DNA from: an uncultured Pelagibacteraceae bacterium
Lineage (GTDB): Bacteria; Pseudomonadota; Alphaproteobacteria; Pelagibacterales; Pelagibacteraceae
Direction of reading: 5' to 3'
DNA: 64,000 nucleotides
NCBI GenBank assembly: GCA_902569735.1
Contig: CACFVE010000002.1
Coordinates: 3,730 to 67,729 of the forward strand
This document shows, piece after piece, positions 47,539 through 57,548 of this stretch (within the stretch, counting starts at the first letter, position 1; the number at the start of each line of letters is the position of its first letter). The translations under genes were made by a program, and so were the position numbers. Under the pieces are notes generated by a model, which worked only from the letters and a program-made list of their open reading frames with translations, had not been told where the DNA came from and did no database searches.

Positions 47539-49037
47539 TCGAAGGAATACTTATTGGATTAAAAACTGCTTTATCTTTTCAAAATCTAATGATGGTAATG
47601 ATAGGATGTTTTGCTGGAACTATTATTGGAATGCTTCCTGGTTTAGGTCCAATGACGGCCATCGCTTTAATGATACCAATCACATACGGTTTTGATCCGG
47701 CAACAGGGTTGATTTTGATGGCTGGAGTATATTATGGAGCTGTATTTGGTGGATCAACTTCTTCTATTCTAATAAATGCACCTGGTGTTCCTGGAACTGT
47801 CGCAACGTCTTTTGACGGTTATCCAATGGCTCAACAAGGTAAAGCTGGTAAAGCTTTGGCTATAGCTGCTTACAGTTCTTTTGCCGGAGGAACGATCTCA
47901 GCAATATTTTTGTTATTTGCTGCGCCAAGTTTATCTAAAGTAAGTTTATCATTTAGATCACCAGATTATTTTGGTTTAATGATATTAGGTTTAACAGCTG
48001 TTGCTGCTTTTTCTTCAAAAGGAAATTTTTTAAAAGCCATGATGATGTGTGTTCTAGGTTTAATGCTGGCATCAGTCGGTCAAGATACTTTATCTGATAT
48101 TCCAAGGTTTACTTTTAATACAATGAATTTGTCAGACGGTATTAGTTTCGTATTGGTGGTAATGGCAACATTTGCTATGAGTGAAGCCTTAACTATCATT
48201 ATAAAAGGAAATGACCCTTCCAAGGCTGCAAAGCAAATTTCTCTAACTGACTTGGGATCAATTAAAGTAAATAAAGAAGAAACAAAACAGATGGCTGCAA
48301 CTATCCCACGTTCTTCTGTGTTAGGATTTATCATCGGAGTATTGCCTGGAGCTGGAGCTACGATTGCGTCTTTCTTAGCTTATGGAATGGAAAGAAATTT
48401 TGTGAAAAGTGAAGAAAAAGAAAAATTTGGTAAAGGAAGTGTGCAAGGTTTATCTGCACCAGAAACTGCAAATAATGCAGCATGTTCAGGATCTTTTGTA
48501 CCATTGCTCACATTAGGTATTCCTGGAAGCGGAACAACAGCAGTAATGCTAGGTGCTTTACTTGGTTTTGGTATTCAGCCAGGTCCTAGATTATATGAAA
48601 CTAATCCAGAAATATTTTGGTCTGTTATCATGTCTATGTATATAGGAATGGTTGTTCTTTTGATCCTCAATCTTCCTCTTATTCCTTACATAGCAAGAAT
48701 ACTTGCTGTACCAAGAACATTCTTAATACCAATGATTTTATTTTTCTCAGTTACAGGAATTTATTTAATGTCATTTAATAATTTTGATATTTTTTTAATG
48801 ATCGGTATTGCTGTTGTAGCAACTATTTTAAGATTATATGATTTTCCAATGCCACCATTAATATTAGCATTTGTTCTTGGTGGATTGATGGAAGAAAATC
48901 TTAGAAGATCTCTTTTAATAAGTGATGGATCATGGTCTTTTCTTTGGGGTAGACCTTTAACAATTTGTATAATGTTTGTAATTTTTGGAATTTTAGGATG
49001 GCAAATTTACAATAGTTTCTTCAAGAAAAAATTATAA
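47535..49037 (+). CDS. tctA: Tripartite tricarboxylate transporter large membrane subunit
   Basis: GMLPGLG, DGYPMAQQG, APETANNA and LTLGIPGS motifs. Confidence 0.95.
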   Translation: MIEGILIGLKTALSFQNLMMVMIGCFAGTIIGMLPGLGPMTAIALMIPITYGFDPATGLILMAGVYYGAVFGGSTSSILINAPGVPGTVATSFDGYPMAQQGKAGKALAIAAYSSFAGGTISAIFLLFAAPSLSKVSLSFRSPDYFGLMILGLTAVAAFSSKGNFLKAMMMCVLGLMLASVGQDTLSDIPRFTFNTMNLSDGISFVLVVMATFAMSEALTIIIKGNDPSKAAKQISLTDLGSIKVNKEETKQMAATIPRSSVLGFIIGVLPGAGATIASFLAYGMERNFVKSEEKEKFGKGSVQGLSAPETANNAACSGSFVPLLTLGIPGSGTTAVMLGALLGFGIQPGPRLYETNPEIFWSVIMSMYIGMVVLLILNLPLIPYIARILAVPRTFLIPMILFFSVTGIYLMSFNNFDIFLMIGIAVVATILRLYDFPMPPLILAFVLGGLMEENLRRSLLISDGSWSFLWGRPLTICIMFVIFGILGWQIYNSFFKKKL

Positions 49038-49418
49038 TCTAACGTATTTCTTTTTTTTATCTATCGCCCATTCTTTAGGTCCATTAACAGCTATAAATAA
49101 AAACCCTCCAGCTAAGCCAAAGTTTTTTAGTAAAGCTATTGTCTGCATTTGATTCGTAAAGTCCAAGTGAAAGAGTAGAGCTGTTGCTATACAAAAAGCT
49201 CCTAATATTAATGCCGACATTTGAGTACGATAACCTATAATTATAAAAATAGGTAAAAGGATTTCCAGAACGATTGCTGGCCACAATAAAAATCCAGGTA
49301 TTCCAAACCCTTCCATCCAAGTTAAAGTATTATCGTAATTAAAAATTTTATTGTAACCAGATAATAAAAAAACTAGGGAAATAAAAATTCTACCTATAAG
49401 GTCAAAAATATTAGCCAT
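49032..49418 (-). CDS. DoxX family membrane protein
   Basis: GRIFISLVFLLSG, FH and KNFGLAGGFL motifs. Confidence 0.88.
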   Translation of the reverse strand: MANIFDLIGRIFISLVFLLSGYNKIFNYDNTLTWMEGFGIPGFLLWPAIVLEILLPIFIIIGYRTQMSALILGAFCIATALLFHLDFTNQMQTIALLKNFGLAGGFLFIAVNGPKEWAIDKKKKYVRL

Positions 49419-49468
49419 AAGACATATAATCCCATAGACAAACTAGAGTCAAAGCAAGATAGATTAAA

Positions 49469-50545
49469 TTAGGTTTTTTTTTCAATAATTCTTAATATTA
49501 GAGGCACAATAAATAATATCATTAATAATCTAATAATATGGTGGAAAGATACAAATTCAGGATCAAGATCGAAAAAAATTGCTATTACCGCTACTTCGTA
49601 TATGCCACCTGGGCAGTAAGATAAAAGAAGAGTAAAGAAATTTTTATCAATGATTAAGCTTGCTGCAAAAGCAGCTAGTAAACCTAAGAGAACTAGTAAA
49701 AATGTTGCAACAAAACTGTGTAAAGCGTTACGACCTATCTCACTAAAAGTTTTGTTAGCAAATCGACATCCAACGGAAGCTCCAAGAATTAGCAAACAAT
49801 AATCAATTATGTTCGGTGGAAACTGATAAGAAGCAATTTCTGAAATTTGTAAAAATCCACTTGCAAGTAAAGTGCCAGACAGTAAAGCAGCAGGAATTCT
49901 AAATTTATCAAAAATGATTATTAAAATGATTGAGGATACAATGAGCAAGATTAAATGGAGAATATTTTGATCTTTAATTATTTCTTCCACGATTTTAGTA
50001 TTTTCAGCGTCATAGAAACTATTTACGAAAAATGGAAAAATAGTAATAATTATTATTAATCTTATTAAATGAGAAGTTGCTACCTGGCTTAAGTCCGATT
50101 TTTCATCTTCAGCTAAAATCATTAGAGGTCCCAAGGCGCCAGGTGCAGCAGAAAAAATTGAAGTTTTCCGGCCGTATTTTGAGAATTTTTGAAGATATTT
50201 TGAAACTATTAATACGCTTACAACAATATAAACTAGCATAATAAAAGAAGTTAAAGCCCATTGATGTATTTGAGAAAATAAACTTTTATCAATGTAATTA
50301 CCTATGTAGAGACCTAACAAAATTAATATTGAAGAAAGTACTAATTTAGGCATTTTTGTTTTTAAACCCATTAATGAAGCAAGAGATGTGATGAGCATTG
50401 GGCCCAAAAACCAAGCCAAGGGCACATTTAAGAATTCTGCAACTATTGCACTTGGAACAGAAATAATAATAACCAAAGCAAATTCTTTAGAGAATATTGC
50501 TTTAAAATTTTCTTTATTAAAGGGAATAGCTTGGTTATTCTGCAT
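49469..50545 (-). CDS. AbrB-family membrane protein
   Basis: PLAWFLGPM, SAAPGAL, HLIRL, YCPGG and HHIIRL duplicated motifs. Confidence 0.87.
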   Translation of the reverse strand: MQNNQAIPFNKENFKAIFSKEFALVIIISVPSAIVAEFLNVPLAWFLGPMLITSLASLMGLKTKMPKLVLSSILILLGLYIGNYIDKSLFSQIHQWALTSFIMLVYIVVSVLIVSKYLQKFSKYGRKTSIFSAAPGALGPLMILAEDEKSDLSQVATSHLIRLIIIITIFPFFVNSFYDAENTKIVEEIIKDQNILHLILLIVSSIILIIIFDKFRIPAALLSGTLLASGFLQISEIASYQFPPNIIDYCLLILGASVGCRFANKTFSEIGRNALHSFVATFLLVLLGLLAAFAASLIIDKNFFTLLLSYCPGGIYEVAVIAIFFDLDPEFVSFHHIIRLLMILFIVPLILRIIEKKT

Positions 50546-50550
50546 AATTC

Positions 50551-51321
50551 ATGATTTTAGGATTTATAGGAACAGGTCGTATATCATCTTCAGTAATTGA
50601 AGGTATTTTTAAATCTAGTTTAAAAATCAAAAAAATTTATATCTCCCCTCGAAATAGAACAATAGCAAATAAATTAAATAAAAGATTTAAAAAAGTAGTT
50701 ATTTCAAGAAATAATCAACAATTAATCGATAAATCCAACTGGGTGTTTTTGGCAGTAACCCCAAAGACTGGAAATAAGATTTTAAAAAAGCTTAATTTTA
50801 AAAAAAATCAAAAAATAATTAGCTTTATTTCTACAATAAATTTAGCTCAGCTAAAAAAAATGATTGGCAAAAAATTAAAAATTGTAAGAGCTATCCCACT
50901 TCCACCTATTTCAATTCGGAAAGGTCCTGTTCCTATTTGCCCTCCTGATAAACAAGTAAAAAATTTTTTTAACAAACTGGGCACTACTGTTGAGATTAAA
51001 AATGAAAGATCATCTATGAATTTCTGGGTCACATCAGGAATGATGGCGCCTTTTTATGAGTACTTAAAGGTATTATCTAACTGGCTGGTTAAGAAGGGAA
51101 TAAAAAGAAAAGAAGCTCAAAAATATATTACTTCTCTTTTTTTAGCTCTTTCCCAAGACTCTGCTGTTAATTCTGAAAAAGATTTAAAATATCTTGTAAA
51201 AGACTCTCAAACTCCAGGAGGATTGAACGAACAAGCGGTAAAACAATTGAGAAAAGCTGGATTTTATAAGAAATTAGAAAAAACTTTGAATAGTATTCAT
51301 AAGAGATTAAACAAAGTATAA
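50551..51321 (+). CDS. proC: Pyrroline-5-carboxylate reductase
   Basis: GFIGTG, FLAV.P, RAIPLP and QTPGGLNEQ motifs. Confidence 0.85.
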   Translation: MILGFIGTGRISSSVIEGIFKSSLKIKKIYISPRNRTIANKLNKRFKKVVISRNNQQLIDKSNWVFLAVTPKTGNKILKKLNFKKNQKIISFISTINLAQLKKMIGKKLKIVRAIPLPPISIRKGPVPICPPDKQVKNFFNKLGTTVEIKNERSSMNFWVTSGMMAPFYEYLKVLSNWLVKKGIKRKEAQKYITSLFLALSQDSAVNSEKDLKYLVKDSQTPGGLNEQAVKQLRKAGFYKKLEKTLNSIHKRLNKV

Positions 51322-51327
51322 TTTTTT

Positions 51328-52122
51328 ATGCAGTCAGATTCGAATATTCTGCAAGTTAAAAATCTTTCTAAATTTTTTGGAGGATTAGCCGCAGTTTCAA
51401 ATTGCTCTTTAAAAATCAAAAAAGGCTCTATCACTGGAATTATTGGGCCTAATGGATCAGGCAAAACAACATTATTCAATTTAATTGCAGGCAATCTAGT
51501 GTCATCTAAGGGTACAGTTGTATTTAACGATGAGGATATTACTAATATTCCATCTTACGAATTGTTTTCAAAAGGTGTTCTAAGGACTTTTCAAATTGCT
51601 CATGAATTTACAAATCTTACAGTATTGGAAAATTTAATGATGGTTCCAGGTAAGCAGTCTGGTGAAAATTTAGTTAATGCTTTATTTAATCCAGGTGTAG
51701 TTAAAAAAGAAGAAGCGATAGTTAAAGAAAAAGCTTTGGAGGTAATTGATTTTTTAAATCTCAAGCATCTTTCGAATGAACTTGCTGGGAATTTATCCGG
51801 AGGTCAAAAAAAATTATTAGAACTTGGTAGAACCATGATGGTTGATGCTAAATTAGTTTTGCTAGACGAAGTTGGCGCAGGAGTTAATCGAACTTTGTTG
51901 AAAGAAATAGGGAGTGCAATCTTGAGACTAAACAAAGAGAAAGGTTATACATTTTGTATGATTGAGCATGATATGGAATTTATTAGTCGATTGTGTAACC
52001 CAGTTATCGTAATGGCCGAAGGTTCTGTTTTATTTGAAGGGACTTCAGATGAAGTTAAAAATAATGAACAAGTTATTGAAAGCTATTTAGGAAGAGGATC
52101 AAAATTAAAGGATAAAAGTTAA
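51328..52122 (+). CDS. Liv-type ABC ATPase (LivG-like)
   Basis: GPNGSGKTTLFN, RTFQ and LSGGQKKLLEL motifs. Confidence 0.93.
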   Translation: MQSDSNILQVKNLSKFFGGLAAVSNCSLKIKKGSITGIIGPNGSGKTTLFNLIAGNLVSSKGTVVFNDEDITNIPSYELFSKGVLRTFQIAHEFTNLTVLENLMMVPGKQSGENLVNALFNPGVVKKEEAIVKEKALEVIDFLNLKHLSNELAGNLSGGQKKLLELGRTMMVDAKLVLLDEVGAGVNRTLLKEIGSAILRLNKEKGYTFCMIEHDMEFISRLCNPVIVMAEGSVLFEGTSDEVKNNEQVIESYLGRGSKLKDKS

Positions 52123-52829
52123 TGGCTTTTTTTGAAGGTATAAAAATGACAGGAGGTTATGGCAACGGTCCTGATATTATTTCTTCCTGTTCGGTAAATG
52201 TGAATAAAGGTGAAATAGTTTCAATACTTGGTCCAAATGGAGCAGGAAAATCTACAGCTATGAAAGCTATGTTGGGATTATTAAACCTTAAATCTGGTAA
52301 GATTATTATAAACGGCAAGGACATTTCTCATTTAAACCCACAAGATAGAGTTAAACAAGGCATAGCATTTGTTCCTCAAACTAAAAATGTATTTGCTGGT
52401 TTAAGCGTGGAGGAAAATTTAGAGATGGGTGCTTTTTTAAGAGATGAAAATCTTAAAAAAATTATTGATGAAGTTTATGAACTATTCCCTATTTTAAAAG
52501 AAAAAAAATCTCAGTTAGTCGGTGAATTGTCAGGAGGACAAAGACAGCAAGTAGCATTAGGAAGAGCGTTAATGATAAAACCATCGGTCTTAATGCTAGA
52601 TGAACCTACTGCTGGAGTTTCACCAATAGTCATGGATGAATTATTTGATCATATTATAAAAGTAAAAAAAACAAACGTAGCTATTTTAATGGTCGAACAA
52701 AATGCAAAACAAGCTCTAAGCATATCGGATAGAGGTTATGTCTTAGTCACAGGAGAAAATAGATACTCAGGAACGGGAAAAGAACTTCTAAACGATCCAA
52801 GAGTAAGAAGTTCTTTCTTAGGAGGTTGA
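52122..52829 (+). CDS. Liv-type ABC ATPase (LivF-like)
   Basis: GPNGAGKST, LSGGQRQ and VEQNA motifs. Confidence 0.93.
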   Translation: MAFFEGIKMTGGYGNGPDIISSCSVNVNKGEIVSILGPNGAGKSTAMKAMLGLLNLKSGKIIINGKDISHLNPQDRVKQGIAFVPQTKNVFAGLSVEENLEMGAFLRDENLKKIIDEVYELFPILKEKKSQLVGELSGGQRQQVALGRALMIKPSVLMLDEPTAGVSPIVMDELFDHIIKVKKTNVAILMVEQNAKQALSISDRGYVLVTGENRYSGTGKELLNDPRVRSSFLGG

Positions 52830-52830
52830 T

Positions 52831-53841
52831 ATGGATTATTTAAACGCAATAGTTTTACTTTTAAATTATTTGTTTGTACCTGCTTTATCTTATGGATCTC
52901 AGTTAGCTCTTGGAGCAATTTTTGTTTCTTTAATTTATGGGATCTTGAGATTTGCATATTTTACTGCAGGTGATCTTATGTCTTTTGGTACAATGTTTAC
53001 AATTTTATTTACTTGGTACTTTCAATATCTTGGAATTAATCTAGGTTTTCTTCCTACAGCATTACTTGCTATGCCTTTTGGAATTATTATTACTATACTT
53101 TATGTTCTTGTTAAGGATAAATTAGTTTTTAGTTATTATCGCACGCAAAAAAGCCCTCCAGTTATGTTGGCAATGGTTAGCATAGGCACAATGTTCGTTA
53201 CACAAGCAATTGTAAGAATAGTTATCGGACCATTTGATAGAAGGTTTTTTGATGGAGAAAAATTTATTTTAAAAGCTAATGAGTTTAAGGAGATGACAGG
53301 TTTAAATGAAGGATTAACGATTAAATCAACGCAAGTCATTACCTTGTTCGTTACAATTATTGTTGTTTCTATCTTATTTTGGTTTTTAAATAGGACAAAA
53401 ACTGGAAAAAGTATGCGAGCTTATTCAGATAATGAAGATTTAGCACTTTTATCTGGAATAGATCCTAAAAAAGTAGTTATGATTACTTGGGTAATAGCTG
53501 CAATTTTGGCTACTATTGGTGGAGCTCTTTATGGTCTAGATAAAAGCTTTAAACCATTTACCTATTTCAACAATATGCTTCCAATATTTGCTGCAGCTAT
53601 CGTCGGAGGTATAGGAAATCCTTTCGGAGCTTTTTTGGGAGGATATGTTATTGCATTTTCAGAAATACTTTTAACTTATGCTTACAAAAAATTCTTTGTT
53701 TATTTACTTCCAGCAAGTTTAGAGCCCGATGGCTTATTACAATTGCTATCTACTGATTATAAATTTGCAGTATCTTTCTCAATTTTAGTAATAGTTTTAT
53801 TATTTAGACCTTCAGGAATATTTAAAGGGAAAGTTTTATGA
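52831..53841 (+). CDS. Liv-type ABC permease (LivH-like)
   Basis: GKSMRAYSDNEDLALLSGID and IVGGIGNPFGA motifs. Confidence 0.92.
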   Translation: MDYLNAIVLLLNYLFVPALSYGSQLALGAIFVSLIYGILRFAYFTAGDLMSFGTMFTILFTWYFQYLGINLGFLPTALLAMPFGIIITILYVLVKDKLVFSYYRTQKSPPVMLAMVSIGTMFVTQAIVRIVIGPFDRRFFDGEKFILKANEFKEMTGLNEGLTIKSTQVITLFVTIIVVSILFWFLNRTKTGKSMRAYSDNEDLALLSGIDPKKVVMITWVIAAILATIGGALYGLDKSFKPFTYFNNMLPIFAAAIVGGIGNPFGAFLGGYVIAFSEILLTYAYKKFFVYLLPASLEPDGLLQLLSTDYKFAVSFSILVIVLLFRPSGIFKGKVL

Positions 53842-55208
53842 GAAAACATCTAGACATAATAAGCGCATATTCAATAATGTTAGGACTTATAATTTTGGTA
53901 GGATTTTTACAGTCCTGGAGCATGGCGTTGTCAATTTTGTGCCTTTGTTTGATCTCTGCAGTAATGACTATGGGAGCTAACATTCAATGGGGATACGCAG
54001 GATTAATTAACTTTGGAATTATGGGCTACACTGCTCTTGGAGGCTTAGCAGCAGTTTTGGTTTCAGTTCCTCCTGTTCGAGAAGCATGGCAGGTAGGAGG
54101 TTTAAATATGATATTATGTGCTTTTTTGATTGCTTTCATGGTTTTCAGTATTCGTTTTATTACGAAAAAATATAATCAATCAAAAAAAAGAAGCTATGGA
54201 ATTGCCGCCATTATAATAGTTGGGCTAATTCTTTTAAGATTAATATCTGCTCCAGCTATAGAGTCAATTGAGTCCGTTAGTCCAGCAACTACTGGCTTTT
54301 TAGGAGGGATGGGTCTTCCGATATTATTTTCTTGGATAGTAGGAGCCTTTTTTGCTGGCGCGTTGGCATACATTATTGGTAAAATTGCTTTAGGGCTTAG
54401 AGCAGACTATCTAGCAATAGCAACACTACTTATATCAGAAATTGTTATTTCAGTAATAAAACATGAAGATTGGTTAGCTAGGGGTGTTAAAAACGTAATT
54501 GGCTTAAAAAGACCAGTTCCATATGAAGTGGATTTGCAATCAAAGGAGTGGTTTATAAATTTAGTCGAGAAATTTAACCAAGGTGCATTAAATTTAATTA
54601 CCAATACTTTAGAAAGACAAGAGGCACTAAAACAACTAGTCATCGAATCTTCAACAGTATTTGTAAAATTATGTTTTGCAGGACTTTTTACTGTTGTAGT
54701 AATAATTCTCTTAATAATAACTCAAAAAGCGCTTTATTCTCCTTGGGGAAGAATGATGAGAGCCATCAGAGATAACGAAGAAGCAGCTAATGCAATGGGA
54801 AAGAATGTTGTTAAACAACACCTTTTAATTTTTGTTCTTGGTTCAGCTATTGTAGGTATAGCAGGCGCAATGATGGTTACATATGATGGTTTATTTACTC
54901 CGGGAAGTTATAGACCAATGAGGTACACATTTTTAATTTGGGTAATGGTTATTGTTGGTGGGAGTGGAAATAATTTCGGTGCAATTTTAGGAGGTTTTGC
55001 AGTTTGGTTTTTATGGGTCGAAGCAGCTCCTATTGCATTATTCTTGATTAATTTTTTTACTAGCGGTTTAGAAGAAACTAATGCTTTTAGAGTTCATTTA
55101 GTTAATAGCATTCCATACTTTAGGTTTTTAATGATGGGAATTGGTTTGCTGTTAATTATGCGTTATAGACCAAAAGGAATTTTACCTGAGAAAATAAAAC
55201 ACATATAA
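53838..55208 (+). CDS. Liv-type ABC permease (LivM-like)
   Basis: QWGYAGLINFG, LRADYLAIATL and SPWGRMMRAIRDNE motifs. Confidence 0.92.
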   Translation: MRKHLDIISAYSIMLGLIILVGFLQSWSMALSILCLCLISAVMTMGANIQWGYAGLINFGIMGYTALGGLAAVLVSVPPVREAWQVGGLNMILCAFLIAFMVFSIRFITKKYNQSKKRSYGIAAIIIVGLILLRLISAPAIESIESVSPATTGFLGGMGLPILFSWIVGAFFAGALAYIIGKIALGLRADYLAIATLLISEIVISVIKHEDWLARGVKNVIGLKRPVPYEVDLQSKEWFINLVEKFNQGALNLITNTLERQEALKQLVIESSTVFVKLCFAGLFTVVVIILLIITQKALYSPWGRMMRAIRDNEEAANAMGKNVVKQHLLIFVLGSAIVGIAGAMMVTYDGLFTPGSYRPMRYTFLIWVMVIVGGSGNNFGAILGGFAVWFLWVEAAPIALFLINFFTSGLEETNAFRVHLVNSIPYFRFLMMGIGLLLIMRYRPKGILPEKIKHI

Positions 55209-55240
55209 AAAACCTCAGCAGTTTTCACCGCTGAGGTTTG
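55207..55240. terminator. Bidirectional intrinsic terminator
   Basis: AAACCTCAGC-N10-GCTGAGGTTT between convergent genes. Confidence 0.82.
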
Positions 55241-55252
55241 TAAGATTAAATT

Positions 55253-56434
55253 TTATCTTTGTTTTTTATTTTTAAATTTACCGCCCTTAATTTCTTTTTC
55301 TATGAAATTACCAACGTGTTCTCCAACATCTGTAAATTTAACTGCAGTAGCTCCCTCATAATCAATTGCTTTTCCTTTAGCTAAAAGATTTAGACCTTTT
55401 TTAAGCTGACCAGGATAAATTTTAGTTCCAGGCGCATTAGCTACGGACATTACATTTTTGGCAATTGAGCCTCGGTCAGCAGAACCACCAGCTTGCATTG
55501 CAAGAACGATTAAAGCTGCGGCATCATAAGACTCCCCAGTGTATGGGCCAGAAGGATCAATTCCAGCTGCTTTAGCAACTTTTGCAAATACTCCTGCTCC
55601 TTTACCTAGAGATCCTGGTAAAGAACCAAATGATTTGTTTAAGCTTTTACCAAAAGTATCAGTAAGTGAGTCACCAATCATACCATCTGATAATATAAAA
55701 GTATCGAAGGCACCAGAGTCTAAAGAACCTTGAATAATTCCTTTACCACCTTGGTCAAGGTATCCTATTACAGCAACTGCATCTCCACCAGCTGATGCTA
55801 GCGTAGAAACTTCTGCGCTATAGTCGGCTTTACCGTCTTCGTGTGCAGTTACAGTTGTAACTTTTATACCATGAGCTTTAACTGCTGCTGAATAAACATC
55901 AGCTAAACCTTTACCATAGTCGTTATTAGTGTATGTAACAGCAACACTTTTAACTCCTCTATCTTTTGTTATGTCTGCAAGAATTTGCCCCCCTCGAGCA
56001 TCTGATGGAGCTGTACGGAAAAACAAACCTTTATCTTTTAAAGTTGTTAAACCAGGAGAAGTTGCAGAAGGCGATATAATAGTAATTCCATTAGGAACTG
56101 CTACGTTTGATGCGACTGCTCCAGTAACACCTGAACAATCTGCTCCCATAATTGCAACTATACCTTGACTAACTAAACCTTCTGCAGCAGTTGTTGCAGC
56201 TGCTGAGTCAACACAAGTTGAGTCTGCTCTTAAAGGTTTAATTTTTTCTCCGCCAAGCAATGAACCTGAGTCAGAAGCTTCTTTAAAAGCTAATTCTGCA
56301 GAAGCAGCCATAGCTGGAGTTAGAGATTCAATAGGACCTGTAAATCCTAAAATTATTCCCATTTTAATTTCTGCAAATGAACTTGTCGTTATCATTGATA
56401 AAGACATTATTACAGCAATAAATATTTTTCTCAT
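55253..56434 (-). CDS. Liv-type ABC transporter substrate-binding protein
   Basis: Signal peptide; GFTGP, ISPSATSP, FFRTAPSD and NNDYGKG motifs. Confidence 0.92.
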   Translation of the reverse strand: MRKIFIAVIMSLSMITTSSFAEIKMGIILGFTGPIESLTPAMAASAELAFKEASDSGSLLGGEKIKPLRADSTCVDSAAATTAAEGLVSQGIVAIMGADCSGVTGAVASNVAVPNGITIISPSATSPGLTTLKDKGLFFRTAPSDARGGQILADITKDRGVKSVAVTYTNNDYGKGLADVYSAAVKAHGIKVTTVTAHEDGKADYSAEVSTLASAGGDAVAVIGYLDQGGKGIIQGSLDSGAFDTFILSDGMIGDSLTDTFGKSLNKSFGSLPGSLGKGAGVFAKVAKAAGIDPSGPYTGESYDAAALIVLAMQAGGSADRGSIAKNVMSVANAPGTKIYPGQLKKGLNLLAKGKAIDYEGATAVKFTDVGEHVGNFIEKEIKGGKFKNKKQR

Positions 56435-56613
56435 TTTACCTCTCTTATTAGTATTGTTAATTTGGAATAGTATTGTCTTTTAAAACCTAATTTTCAATGG
56501 CAAAATTTCTTTTATTTACCTTAGAGATTTAAGCTTTTCATCATTATTTATTGATAAAAAAAAGAAAAATTATGTATATACGAATATAAAAAAATAAAGA
56601 TAATCAAGCTGAT

Positions 56614-56955
56614 ATGAAAAAAGAAATAACATATGAAGATTATACTAAAATCCAGATTTTAGTTGGAACAGTTCTGAAAGTATCTAAAAATGAAAAAGCA
56701 CGTAAACCTTCTTTAGTCGTAGAAGTTGACTTTGGATCTGAGATTGGCATTAGAAAATCCTCTGCACAAATTACTCATTATTATAATTCTGAAAATTTAG
56801 TAGGCAAACAAATTATAGGGGTTTGTAATTTTCCCAAAAAAAATATTGCTGGAGTAGTTTCTGAAGTATTGATATTGGGAGCCATTGAAAAAGATGGTAA
56901 AGTAGTTTTGGTGCATCCATCTAAAAAAACAGAAAACGGTCTTGAAATAGCTTAA
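56614..56955 (+). CDS. csaA: CsaA-like tRNA-binding OB-fold protein
   Basis: DFG.EIG.RKSSAQIT, NFPKKNIAG..SEVL.LG motifs. Confidence 0.88.
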   Translation: MKKEITYEDYTKIQILVGTVLKVSKNEKARKPSLVVEVDFGSEIGIRKSSAQITHYYNSENLVGKQIIGVCNFPKKNIAGVVSEVLILGAIEKDGKVVLVHPSKKTENGLEIA

Positions 56956-57545
56956 TGTATACTCAGTTCTTACCATTGATCTTATTTGGTATTGTTACAG
57001 CTTTTTCGCCTGGTCCAAATAATATTATATCTTCTTATTCTGGCTTTAATTTTGGTTTTAGAAAAACTATTCCTTTTATGCTTGGAGTTATTTTTGGGTG
57101 GACAGCTATGTTAACTTTAATGTCTTCAGGGTTAATTGTTATTTTTCAAAAATATATATTTTTACAAAATGCGATAAAGATTTCGGGAACAATTTTTTTG
57201 ATTTATTTAGCTTATAAAATTGCTTTTAGCTCTACAAATCAATCTGATAATATTAAGAAACCAGTGAACTTTTTTGATACTTTTTTATTTCAATTTATTA
57301 ATCCAAAAGGTGTATTAGTAGCAATGATCGCAGTCTCCACCTTTATTGATGTACAAAATAATTATTTAAGAGATGCACTGATAGTTGTTATAACTTATTT
57401 TTTTATGGCTGTTTTTAGTGTTAGTTCTTGGTGTCTATTAGGAAAATACCTAAGAAATTTTGCCACAAGTGAAAATTTTATCAAGAAATTTAACTATACT
57501 ATGTCTTTTTTGCTTATCGTTTGTGTTATTATGATTTATGTATAG
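56955..57545 (+). CDS. LysE family translocator
   Basis: SPGPNN, GFRKTIP and FQFINPKG motifs. Confidence 0.9.
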   Translation: MYTQFLPLILFGIVTAFSPGPNNIISSYSGFNFGFRKTIPFMLGVIFGWTAMLTLMSSGLIVIFQKYIFLQNAIKISGTIFLIYLAYKIAFSSTNQSDNIKKPVNFFDTFLFQFINPKGVLVAMIAVSTFIDVQNNYLRDALIVVITYFFMAVFSVSSWCLLGKYLRNFATSENFIKKFNYTMSFLLIVCVIMIYV

Positions 57546-57548
57546 CGC

